Shown piece after piece: positions 11,738 through 23,412 of a DNA stretch of 64,000 bases (position 1 is its first letter; each line of letters opens with the position of its first letter). Source of the stretch: Alloascoidea hylecoeti. Its lineage: Eukaryota. The DNA is taken from the NCBI GenBank assembly GCA_001600815.1, contig BCKZ01000011.1, forward strand, positions 1 through 64,000, in the 5' to 3' direction. The position numbers and the translations under genes were made by a program. The notes beneath the pieces were generated by a model. That model had not been told where the DNA came from. It worked only from the letters and a program-made list of their open reading frames with translations, and ran no database searches.

Positions 11738-13585
11738 TTAATTTGAATTTTCCAATAATGGAGAGGTTTCTGAAACATTATGATTATCATTAATATTATT
11801 ATTTTGAGGTTCAAAGGTGAAATTATCAAATCCTTCAATATCATCAGATAAATCATCATGTTTAAAGAAAAAAGTTGCAATAAAAATTGGAGTCATAATT
11901 GAAACTAAAACTAAAAAGAAAATCCTTGGATTTGTTTTAACAGTTAATGAGTAAATATATAAGAAAATAGCAGGAGCTAAAGTTGAAGTAATATTGGTTA
12001 ATAAAGCTAAAGCACCTTGTAATTCACCAATTTTATGAGAAGGTGTATGTTTTATTAATGCGGATTGTAAAGCAGGACTTATAGTTGTACTTAATGCCAT
12101 ACAAGCAATAACAATTAAAAATTGAATACCTTTTTTGGAAAGAAATAAACCAATGTTACCAAAAAGTTCAACAATTATACCAATTCTCATCATTGTAATA
12201 TCAATCATATCTAAATTTATAGAATCAATTTTATAAATTTTTTTTAAAATTCTTAAAATTATTGGTAATAAAATTAATAAAGCAATACCTTTTGAAATAC
12301 CTAAAGTTGATATAAAAAAACTTGTTTGACTTGAATTCCATTGAAAAGCATAAGTAATATAAATTAATAAAACTGATGATATACCCATTGTACAACTTGT
12401 AAAAGAAATTTCCATAAATACTAACATTAACATATTATATTTTGATCTTGTTGATTTTAATTTTTTATTATTCCAAAAAAATATACCTAATGGTTCAATA
12501 AAATTTAATTGTTTAAAATATTCAATCCAATTTAATTTAATATTATTAATAATTTGAATTTCACTTAATCTTCTTTTTCTTTCAATTTTCAAAAAATGAA
12601 TTGATTTTGCTCTTTTTTTTGAATTTTTTGTTAATGATTCTGGTACAATTAATGATAATAAAATTAAATATAAAATATTACAACTAATTGCAAAATAAAT
12701 TGATCCAAATGGAGTACCAGTTAATTTTATTATATAACCACCAATTAATGGACCTAATCCAATACCTAATAACATAACAGCAATCATTCTACCAAAAAAT
12801 TTTGATCTATCTTTTGGTAATAAACAATCAGCAACATAACTATTACTCATTGCTAAACTTAATGACATACCACCAGATAATCCTTCAATAAAAGATAATA
12901 AAATTAAATAATATAATTTACTTTTTTCTTCATTCATTTTAATAATATAAATAAATAAAAAAGTATTTAAAAGACTTATAATTGCATTATAAAGCATAAT
13001 TGGTTTTCTACCAATTCTATCACTTAATGCACCTAATCTTGAAGCAACAATCATTCCAATTATACCAGAAATTAATTGTTTTTTTAATTGAACTCTTGAA
13101 GTTATTGATTGAACTGTTGGTGAATAACAAATGGATGGGATTTCATCAAATATTGAACCATTAATTGGAGTTAAATCACCAAAATTAATATTATCAGAGT
13201 GTTGACATACATAAATAATAGTTAAATTAATTAATGAAGATAATGAAGAACCATCACCAATGCATTGAATTAGCTTTATAAAAGCTAATAGAGATACCCT
13301 TGGTTTTTTATACCATTTCATATTGTTATGTTCATTTAACATATTTAAATGATGTTGATCACCATCATCATCATCATCATCAAAAACAGAATTATTATAA
13401 ATTGAATCATTATAATCAATTTGTTCAACATTAATAGTTGAGGTATTTTTCTTAGTATTTGTTGAAAAAGAAACTTGTCTTATCTGACGACCTGATACTT
13501 CGTTCTCAATGTTACCATTATTAACGTTGATGGTGGAATTGAGTCCAGCTGCAGATTCTTGCACAGAGTCTAAATTTTCGGCCAT
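11738..13585 (-). CDS. MFS transporter (YJL163C/SLC46-like), paralog of 6074-7882
   Basis: The first ATG is at 13585 (MAENL); the track start at 13606 is a TTG. Motifs GALSDRIGRKP, SYVAD..DRS and TPSHKIGELQGA, plus PSICYSPTVQ..TSRVQL shared with the neighbouring copy. Confidence 0.9.
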   Translation of the reverse strand: MAENLDSVQESAAGLNSTINVNNGNIENEVSGRQIRQVSFSTNTKKNTSTINVEQIDYNDSIYNNSVFDDDDDDGDQHHLNMLNEHNNMKWYKKPRVSLLAFIKLIQCIGDGSSLSSLINLTIIYVCQHSDNINFGDLTPINGSIFDEIPSICYSPTVQSITSRVQLKKQLISGIIGMIVASRLGALSDRIGRKPIMLYNAIISLLNTFLFIYIIKMNEEKSKLYYLILLSFIEGLSGGMSLSLAMSNSYVADCLLPKDRSKFFGRMIAVMLLGIGLGPLIGGYIIKLTGTPFGSIYFAISCNILYLILLSLIVPESLTKNSKKRAKSIHFLKIERKRRLSEIQIINNIKLNWIEYFKQLNFIEPLGIFFWNNKKLKSTRSKYNMLMLVFMEISFTSCTMGISSVLLIYITYAFQWNSSQTSFFISTLGISKGIALLILLPIILRILKKIYKIDSINLDMIDITMMRIGIIVELFGNIGLFLSKKGIQFLIVIACMALSTTISPALQSALIKHTPSHKIGELQGALALLTNITSTLAPAIFLYIYSLTVKTNPRIFFLVLVSIMTPIFIATFFFKHDDLSDDIEGFDNFTFEPQNNNINDNHNVSETSPLLENSN

Positions 13586-16500
13586 TGTAGAAGAAGTTGG
13601 ATGCAAAACTCGACCAGAGAAACAGCACTGTTATATCCAGACCTATGCTTTCGTCAGCAGAGGAAGAAGTACAAGTTGAAAGATAAAACTTGTTGGGAGT
13701 TAAGACAAAGCTTATCAATGAACATGCAGTATTAAAATAATGCCGTTCTTGCTAACCTCCGTAAACCCCGGAAAATTTTGGCAATCAGGGTAACCTGTCA
13801 AACTTACATTTTCCGCTAAATCCTTCATAAATATTCTCATGTTTATCTCAATTTGTTTATTTTTTGTTTGAGATGGACCTATACGTGTCTCTCAGGGCTT
13901 CTAGCTCTCAGAAGTGTTCTTCCAGTGTGTTTTTGCAATTAAATACGACCCTTAATTTTACGTTGTGATTAACCTCCAGACACATGTCACCACACATATT
14001 ATATTAATTATGTAGTGGCACTAGCGCTAACGTGGCCCCCTATTCGCGGCCGTGACTCACCATCCAGACTGCCCGATAATAGTTGGAAATGATTGCCTTT
14101 CTCACCCAACGAAATAGCCAAAAAAAATTATCCGCCTGAATCAGCTGGCTGTGTAGATTCTCTTTTACTACAACAATCATATATACATGCCAAACCTTCT
14201 CAGAGAGTCCCCTTTCCATTATTCTTTAAAAAATCTAAAGAGCGCTGATTATGAGTACCCGATATTATCATAGATTATTAAGATATACACAAACACTGAA
14301 TATATAGTAAGATGTTGAGCTCTTTGGTGTAAATCATATCTCTTCATGGTATTTTCACTTACCTACGTGCATGATGTGATTGCACACACCACACTAATTT
14401 TCGGCCATCTATGCCTATAAACGGAATATAAATGCTTGTATTATGACTATAATAAACTATAATATAAAAGGGTTCTACCTGCGATTGAGTTAACTGAGCT
14501 ATGCAAATGTATTAATATGCATTTGTTGAATGTCAGAATCAACAGAAAGTACCAAAGTAATAGTATAAGAATCAGATATACATATATATATGTTGATGAT
14601 AAAAACAATATAGGAAGCGGACTATATGTCTTTCTATGTTTAGAATTAGCTTTCAGATACCAATTGAAATCACTCTAAAACACAATGAAATTTAAATACC
14701 AACATAGTGAGGCACTCTTGAACTTCGTGATGGCCATGGCTTCCCCTTCCCAACAGCCAATCACTATAAGCTCCAAATGTGCCAATTGCAAGTATCTTGT
14801 GGATCTAAGTTTATTTATTTATTGGTTCAGAAATAAACCCGTAGTATTTGAAGTTTTCCCCTAAACTTCTCTGCAACAGACGAATATCCCGTGTTTATCA
14901 TCGAAAATTTTTGTAATTATTTTATTAGACCCATGCCATCTGGCAGAGATAATTTTTGTTTTCTGTAGTCCCAATGGATTTATGTGGTAAGTCGAACCAA
15001 TTACATTTCAAATCCATCCCTTGAATCGACTTCATTAACCCCTTGAGATAATATAATCCAACTAAAGACTATATTATCTTTTTTTCTTTTCCAAAGCTAT
15101 CAACTGTTTTTTATTGAAATCATGCTCATAAATATCATTATCATCATCTCCATCTCCGTTATTATGATTATTTCAATCTGGTGAAATCAGAAATATAACC
15201 ATCAAAGAGTATAGTATATCAAGATTATCATCTATAACATTAAAGCGATAATAAACACTTGAAAATCCTTTATACATATTTTTGACTTGATTTCTTTTAA
15301 TTCTTTAAATTTTCATTTAGTAAGACCAGGGGCGCTAATTGATATATTACCTAATGTGAAAAATTTATCTGTTTCATATATTACTGTTTCTCGAAAAGTT
15401 TTGATAATGTAAAGATCCTATTATAAAACTCATCTAGTAAAATGAGCCATAATAGTCTAAGAGAATGTTTAACATGATTCATTATCCCTTGTATTAGTAT
15501 AAGAATTTTATCTTCTTCCTTCTTCATTTAAAGACAGGGTATATCGGTCTAAGGTCCTGGTTGTCTACGCAATCACCAGCTGTTTCAACATATATCTATT
15601 ATATTTATATGCTTCTGTGGTGTTATATATAACTCTTTAACGCTTTCATCTTAATTTTTGTGTTCTAATGCGCCGTTGTACACTTATTGAGACATTGGCA
15701 TAGTGAATCCTTCTTAAACTGTAATAAAAATGTTAATAAACCTTTAAATCTTAAGATTCATTATTCTTTAAGTTATGGATTATAATTACTTTCAAATGAT
15801 TTAAATAATAACGTGACTAAATGGTTCTGAAGTGATAAATCGGTAATTTTTTTGATGATGAGTTTTATATATTTAACGTGGATTTCATTAATAAATTCCT
15901 TAATTTATATCTTAAATAAAGTATATTTAATGAATTGAATGATCTTGAGGTGGGCCACTTTTTCATATAAAAGTGATGTCCACAAAGTGTTGAAGGAGAT
16001 ATGGAAATACATACAAGTCTTTAACACTAGAAGCGTTAACTGTATATCTATTCGAATCTTCTATCTATGAGTAAATTGAGTAGCACAGGACCGTCTGGGA
16101 ACAATATATTTCTATATACCAAAACCCATAATCAATTAGATTATGTTTTAAATTTTGAATCATACATTATTAATGTGGACATTATGAAGTTATAGAAACT
16201 TATCGACATGTGGGTGGCCGATATTTTTATAGTCATAATGACCGAAACAAATTGCTTCATGTGGCCAATTATTAATTCTACTAAGTGAAGTGGTTGTATT
16301 ATAGCCAGATAATTAGTTTTCTATAATTTCAAAATATCCTTAAAATACTTAATAATTTTCTGTCAATCCTAGGGATTATATTCCAAATAATATGACATGT
16401 TAAGAGTAATATTTAGTGTTAGCGCCCTCAACATCATAAACGCTGTAGTGAATTCACAATCCCAAACATCCTGAAACGACTCAATCTATCTTTAGATGAT

Positions 16501-18563
16501 ATCTTTCTGTTCCTTTGATTCTTCATGTTCTGATAGCCCTTCACGTGCTGAAAATACTCCATATCCATGTTTTTTTGAAAAGGGTTCTTAGGTGGCAATT
16601 GGTCTTTGAAGTGCCTGAAACAAAGTGCTGTTTTGAACTTGAACGGGCTATAAGAATGTACGAATTTTGTATCTTTTCATAACAAACGTTATCTAAACAG
16701 TAGGCTGATTGTAAAGCGGATTAATTTGTACAGTATTCTTTTAATCTCAACAAACTGCAATTTGATTATGCAATTTTGCTATACACTTACTGATTTAATT
16801 GTATAATAGAATGTAAAGAACCATTTCTTGAACTATTCCAATAATATTAAGATTGTTAATTGTGCCTTGATAAACATTTATATATACATGTTTCGGAAAA
16901 ATTCGATGGTACATTATTGTTTTCTTCTTAAAACAACTAATATCTGTAGAGCTTTAAATCTTGCTTACCGGTACAGTTAGATATAACTTATAACATTATT
17001 GCATCATAATTTTGTGTTATGATTTATTAAGGCTGCCAATATGTTTGTATTAAATTCTCGGTTATAATATCTATGTAGCGGTTGCAATTGAGGTGTCTTG
17101 AAATTTCACTAGATCTTGTCTCTATAATTACAATATCATTCGTACGATTAACATACATGTATTCTAAGAATTCCTTGATGATCAATTAGCCATCTACATT
17201 ATATTAGTACAATTGCAAATTGCAAAGGTCAAGGATTTTGATACACAAGAATACCATTCTCTTGTTAATTTCAATCGTTCAATTCTATTATTGGATTTAT
17301 GGTTCTAGCTCCAACATACCCATAATCAGCTTCAGGTAACGGCTACAATACATGTGAAACATATTAATCAAAGTGCCAATTATTCTTCTAGAAGAGTATT
17401 TGTACAATGAGCAACCCCACAAGTTTTTGTCGGAACGCCAGCCATGCCTTCATAAATTATTCTATAACCATGACTAGAATTCAGATTTAAATGACACAGT
17501 TATGCTTTAAGGAAGAATAATAGAACTCTTTATACATTCAATATCATGATACATGATAAAATGCTTTATCCTGTAGTAAAATATTAATACAAAAATATCA
17601 TTTGATTTTTTTAGCACATTTACCAATTGCAAATTACAAATTACAAATAAAATAAGTCTAACCATGTGTTTGATACAGGATTCGAAGTCTCAAGATTAGA
17701 AACTTAAGCTCAACCTAAAAGACCAACAAATTTAGGATGTAAAGATAGGCGTCGCCGTTCTAAACTTGTAACATTTTTAGAGTAATGCATCATACCACAC
17801 AGGTCCGAAGCACGGAAAAGGTCTTAGTTTTGTGGTCATTTGGTGATGCTTTAATTCCGGCCACGTGAAACAAATTTATGACCCTCTGATTACAAATATT
17901 TAGTTATGGAGGTCGGGAAAATGATGGTGAAAAGAGGATGATATCATAGGAATCAGCAGACACTTTACTGTGGTTTGTAAAAATAATTGACATTTATAAG
18001 GTTACAATTATGCAGCTAGTGTCCGATGATCGGTTTACACAGGATATTCACATGTTTATGTAAAATTCCAACAACAAATGCCGATAAATAAAGATTTTAA
18101 ATTGACTAAAATTAATATTTGTCGAGATCCACCACAAATATCATATCCCGAATACATAAACTGGTATGCCGTATTTTAGTTAATAATCATACCAGTTAAT
18201 GGTTATAAATGTAGAAAGAGAAAAAGAATCAAATGCAGGTTTAGGTTAAGACACATTATTATGCATAAATACATGATATCGATATCTCACTTTGTAAATA
18301 ATAAACTTTTAAAATCCTCTAAATTTGAAAAATACACGGAACTCCTTCTTTTTTATATGAATTTGAAATCTGCTAATTTTCATTTTTCCATTTGAATTTT
18401 GTTTCTTAACTTCTATTAAATTAGTATGAAAGTATAAAAAGCTTTGAATTTCCATCGATTTTTCTAGTTTTGCCCCACTATACTTGCATTCCCCACTACT
18501 CTTGCATCTCATAATTTCATAAATAATAATTAATTATAACTTATAATTATAATTATATTAATC

Positions 18564-20324
18564 ATGAGTAACTTACAAACTTTACCTGATGAACTACTGG
18601 AAATCATCTTTCAAGATATTTCAATAATCGATTTATTTAATATTTCAATAACTTGTATTGAATTTTCAAAGTTTTTTTGGTCAACAAACTATGACACCCT
18701 AGTTAAAAAAGTATTATTAAAAACTGACCCATTTGTTCAATATAATAACAAGTCTAACAATTGGTTAAATATTGCTTTAAAATACCTAAGATTAAATAAT
18801 AATATTTCAAAAACAATAGATATATCAAATTTAAATTTATATTCAAAACCTTCAATTAAAGAATGGACTAAAAATAATATTAACATATCAAATTCTTTAA
18901 ATATAATTGATAGTTTATATTTATCAAATCTTAATAATTATGCTAAAAATAGGACAGGGCCTATTATTGATGAATCTGCAAGTTTAAACTCTCTATTATT
19001 TAATACATCAAATGAAATAGTTATTTATAATTTACCTTCTTCATCATCATCATCATCATCAAATAAAAATGCAACAAATCTAACAAAAAATAAAAAAGAT
19101 AAAGAAAGTTTATTAAAATTAATACCATTTGGTACAACAACAAGAAATTTATCATCTGAAAACATTGAAACAATAACAAATAAAAATAATAGTTTTTTGA
19201 TAACTTATGATAGTTATTATTTTGATTATTCAACTCCATTATCATTAAGTAGTTTAACATCAATAAAATCACCAACTAAAAATCATTGGAAATTTAATCC
19301 ACCATGCAATTATGAAGATATGAATATTTTATTTGGTATTAATAATGATTTAATTTACTTATTAAGTGAATCATTAATAAATAATAATATTTTTATTTCA
19401 TCATATCAAACAAATCATTTAAATTTAAAAAATCCATCAATTTTAAAATGGAAATTAAAATTAATTCCAAATTCAAAAGTTGTACCATCAAATATTTTTG
19501 TTAATGAAGAATTTATATTATTTACATTAGATTCATCAATTGGTTTAAATTTAAAACAAGATAAAATTTATTCTGAAAAAAATGAAAAACAACCACAATT
19601 AGTATTTGTTTTATCAACAAAAACAGGTAATTTAATCGGTGTTTACAAAAATCAACTTCAATGTTCAAATTATAGAATTATTAATTCAAATGTATTTTGT
19701 GATTATTCAAATAAAATTTATGGTGGTTATGGTTCAAATTTAAATGAAACTTATAAATTATTATCATTACCATTAATTGATTTTTTATCACAATTAGATA
19801 CAACTACATATAATGAACAATTTCATATTATTGATATTGATGATAAAAATAATGAAAATTCTTCATCTAAACAAATACAATTAAAAAATTCAAATTTAAA
19901 AATTGATATGTTAAATAAAACAAATTCAATCAAAAAGGATTGGAATATTGTTATTTCACTCAATGATATTTCAACAAATAATAAAATAACATGGTCACAA
20001 AATCAAAATTTTATATCTGTTCATAGATATAGTAATGATAATTCATCATTTAAAAAATCAAGTGAAAATTTATATAATTCATGGTATTCAAAATCATCTA
20101 ATCAAAATGATTTAAAAAATAATAAAGAATATTTATTTTTATATAATTTAGAAACAAATGAAAAGAAATATTATAACTTAATAAATGATAATGATGATGA
20201 TTGTGATGATAAGAAATTGAATCAATCAATAAATATATCAGAAGCTGGAAATTCAAAATATTTACTTATTGATGATTCTTTAAATTTTATTTCTTTAACT
20301 GATGGTTATGTTCAATCATTATAG
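18564..20324 (+). CDS. F-box protein, Asn-rich
   Basis: N-terminal F-box LQTLPDELLEIIFQDISIIDLFNISITCIEF in a 586-aa ORF. Confidence 0.8.
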   Translation: MSNLQTLPDELLEIIFQDISIIDLFNISITCIEFSKFFWSTNYDTLVKKVLLKTDPFVQYNNKSNNWLNIALKYLRLNNNISKTIDISNLNLYSKPSIKEWTKNNINISNSLNIIDSLYLSNLNNYAKNRTGPIIDESASLNSLLFNTSNEIVIYNLPSSSSSSSSNKNATNLTKNKKDKESLLKLIPFGTTTRNLSSENIETITNKNNSFLITYDSYYFDYSTPLSLSSLTSIKSPTKNHWKFNPPCNYEDMNILFGINNDLIYLLSESLINNNIFISSYQTNHLNLKNPSILKWKLKLIPNSKVVPSNIFVNEEFILFTLDSSIGLNLKQDKIYSEKNEKQPQLVFVLSTKTGNLIGVYKNQLQCSNYRIINSNVFCDYSNKIYGGYGSNLNETYKLLSLPLIDFLSQLDTTTYNEQFHIIDIDDKNNENSSSKQIQLKNSNLKIDMLNKTNSIKKDWNIVISLNDISTNNKITWSQNQNFISVHRYSNDNSSFKKSSENLYNSWYSKSSNQNDLKNNKEYLFLYNLETNEKKYYNLINDNDDDCDDKKLNQSINISEAGNSKYLLIDDSLNFISLTDGYVQSL

Positions 20325-22293
20325 ATAATTATTTTTTTTTTCATGAATTCATTTTGATTTTTACACATAAATATATAAAGGACTTACAGTTGATTTTACT
20401 TTGTTTTTTTTGCTTTTGGTCTATAAATTATTTTCATATTGTTTTCTTTTCATTATAATTACAATTTGATATGACGAATGTTTTTTTATATATATTGGGG
20501 TTTTAACCAACTTTTATCCTTTCGTTTTTGTAATTATATAGAATTCCTTTAGTTCTTTTTTTTTTTTTTTAATTTAGAATAGATTTAACGATAGATATGC
20601 ATTTGAACTTAAGATTAATCATTGAATATATTGATAAATTGTTATAGGAAAAAAAATAGCTATAGTAAGTTAACATAGACTAAAGGGCTAACTATGTGTA
20701 AAACTTCATATGAATGCATTAGTAGGTAGTAACAAGAAAAAGAAGCGATATTTCAAAAGAAAATAATACACAAATCGATAATTAATGATATTTTTAAAGG
20801 CCTTAATGAGGCTCACTGGTTGTAGACCCACCTTAGAAAGTTAGATCTAAATGAGATAAAGTAGGCTACCTTTCTATTTTACATTTCTTTTTTCCTTTAC
20901 TGATCTTTAAATGATTTATGATCATGTGTGGATGAATGAACAATTTTGAAAAGTTAGTCTATAAAATTTAAATAATGCCAATTAGATGGTTAATAATTTT
21001 CATCTGTTTATATTATAGTTAATAATTATATTTATATTAGTATATAATAATTAAGTCGTCGACGTCTGTCATTAGAGTATCCTATTACTGCAAAATTTCG
21101 AATATATCGATACTTAAAAAAAACATATAATATATCATTTTAACAGTTTTCATGTGTTTGTGGCACTGTACCAGTTATAAGTTCCTGGAGAAGGACATGT
21201 AGAGAGTGGAATTGAAATTGAGGTCAATATATTGGGAAGAGTTTCATATAGTTGAGATCCAATTCATATGCATTTCTCCACATGTACAAGGAAAAACCAG
21301 ATATATAAAATAAAAAGGTAAAACCTAAAGTTCAATCAATACTTTTAGAAATAAAACTTCAAGTCTTCGTTGAAATATAGATCAAGAGATATTACACTTT
21401 TTTTGTAAAAAGAAAAGATTCATCGTATAGTACGTACCATCTTTCAAATTATAAAAACATATCGATCAATATTAATATCAATATTATTATCAACGTTATA
21501 TATTCATCATGATTTCTACCTTTAAAAACATTAAGACTGAATCATTAATTTGGCATAATTTTTAAGTACCCATGGGGCAATAACTATTCAAAATCTTTCA
21601 CCTTGAAAATTGACCATTGTTTCTAATTATAACTATCCCAATATTCATGCCAACATTTTAAAGTATCCAAATATTTTAAATAAGAATTCCCAATCATTCA
21701 CCACGTCTTCAACTTTTTCTAATGCTCATGCTAAACCATTCAGTATTATTAATAATGTTTATACCTAATTACTCATAATTATTCATAAGTATCCCAATTT
21801 TCAGGCTGAATCATTCACGATAGCTTTAACATCTTTCAATACTTATGCCAAACTATTAACTGTTGATTCTAATATTAATTATTAGACTTCGTATGGATTT
21901 GATTAATGAAGAGCAGAGTCGAAATAGAGTATGAATATTTATATATTGTCATATATTAATGGGTGGTTTATTTTTCAATCAAACTTATTTCTGGGGTATA
22001 TGTTGTGAATTTAGTATGTGTTTATGTGACTTGTTTCACGAATGTATTAAGCTCGATAATAAAGAGTCGAGATATGTAATTCTTATAGGTTCGAGTTCAA
22101 AAGTACTATGATATGATGGATTTTTATATTGTGATTGATCTACATACAATAATCATGCGCTTACCAGTAGTACATATATGGCTTCGGAACAAAAAAGGAA
22201 AATAGGGCATATTTGTACAATTTATACCAACTAAGAAACAAAAATTAAAACAAGGTATTTATAACCATCAAAATACTTGATGTCGATAGTTTC

Positions 22294-23112
22294 TCAATCA
22301 GCAACTACTTCTTTCGTACTAACATTGTTACTATTTTTAACGCTCACTATTTGATCTGATCCACTACCATTTTCTAATTCTTCAATTTCTTGTATTTTTT
22401 TCTTTTCAATTTCTTCTTCTTCTGTATAACTTCCAAATATCCAATCGTTAGAATATTTATGAAATCTTATCATCCATATTATATGACTTAAAAAAATTCC
22501 AATTTCAGAGGCCATACAAACTAAATATAAAACCATACCCATAATATCAGATGTTGGATCATCAATAATTAATGATAAAAAACTAAAAAATGCACCCATT
22601 AAATCAGTAAATAAAAAAATAAAATTCATTCCAATAACTTTCCCATTTCTTTTAAATAATTCCAAATATGGTGGTAATAAACCAACGGCAAGTAATATTG
22701 AAGCAAATATACCAAATATTAAATTTGGCCATTTTTTACCATTTCTATAAGATGGTCTTAAACATAATATACTTGGAATTTCAATAGATAATCCAATAAT
22801 TAAAAAACAAATAACACATAGAACAACGTTCTTAATACCTAGTTTTATAGGTGGATAATAAAGAACTTGAGACCATGTTATTAATGCAAAACAACCAAAT
22901 AATTGTGGTTGAACTCTTAAAGGAATACTTGAATCTTGCATTATGAAATAAACTGAAAATGGTATAGCTGATAAAGCCCATGTTAACATCATTAGTTGAG
23001 GAAATCCTTCACAATTTTTTCTTTTATAATTGAAATAAATTTGAGGAAGTAATTGAATACACCAAAGAATAGTACCGATAGTCGCTAAGACATTTGAAGC
23101 TACTGAAACCAT
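22294..23112 (-). CDS. PQ-loop repeat membrane protein (YDR090C/ILT1-like)
   Basis: TIGTILWCIQLLPQIYFNYKRKNCEG and a second repeat LLAVGLLPPYLEL..G.VIGMNF.FL..D..GA; about 7 hydrophobic helices. Confidence 0.9.
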   Translation of the reverse strand: MVSVASNVLATIGTILWCIQLLPQIYFNYKRKNCEGFPQLMMLTWALSAIPFSVYFIMQDSSIPLRVQPQLFGCFALITWSQVLYYPPIKLGIKNVVLCVICFLIIGLSIEIPSILCLRPSYRNGKKWPNLIFGIFASILLAVGLLPPYLELFKRNGKVIGMNFIFLFTDLMGAFFSFLSLIIDDPTSDIMGMVLYLVCMASEIGIFLSHIIWMIRFHKYSNDWIFGSYTEEEEIEKKKIQEIEELENGSGSDQIVSVKNSNNVSTKEVVAD

Positions 23113-23412
23113 AATAGGTAGTTACAACTGCTTCTGTATCACTTTTTGATATTTAATGGATTAAAACAGATGTTTATTACTTCTATTAACTAATATTTTC
23201 TAAAATGATTCTGGTATAAGTTTACAAATTAAAGGATTAACGGGAGAGATGATAATAAGCTATTTCGCATATGCGGATTATGGAGTTCTGACTAATCAGA
23301 CATAACACCCGTACTCCCACCGCATTTTGCTCCCTAAAATCTTCTTCCACTCTTTCCGGGAAAGCCATTGAACTTATCTGAAAGTATATAAAAACAAACC
23401 TTCTTAAAAAAG

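Noticed and set aside
22080..22110. tRNA T-loop-like GGTTCGAG (also GGTTCGAC at ~2975)
   Set aside because: No cloverleaf stems or A-box in the surrounding sequence.
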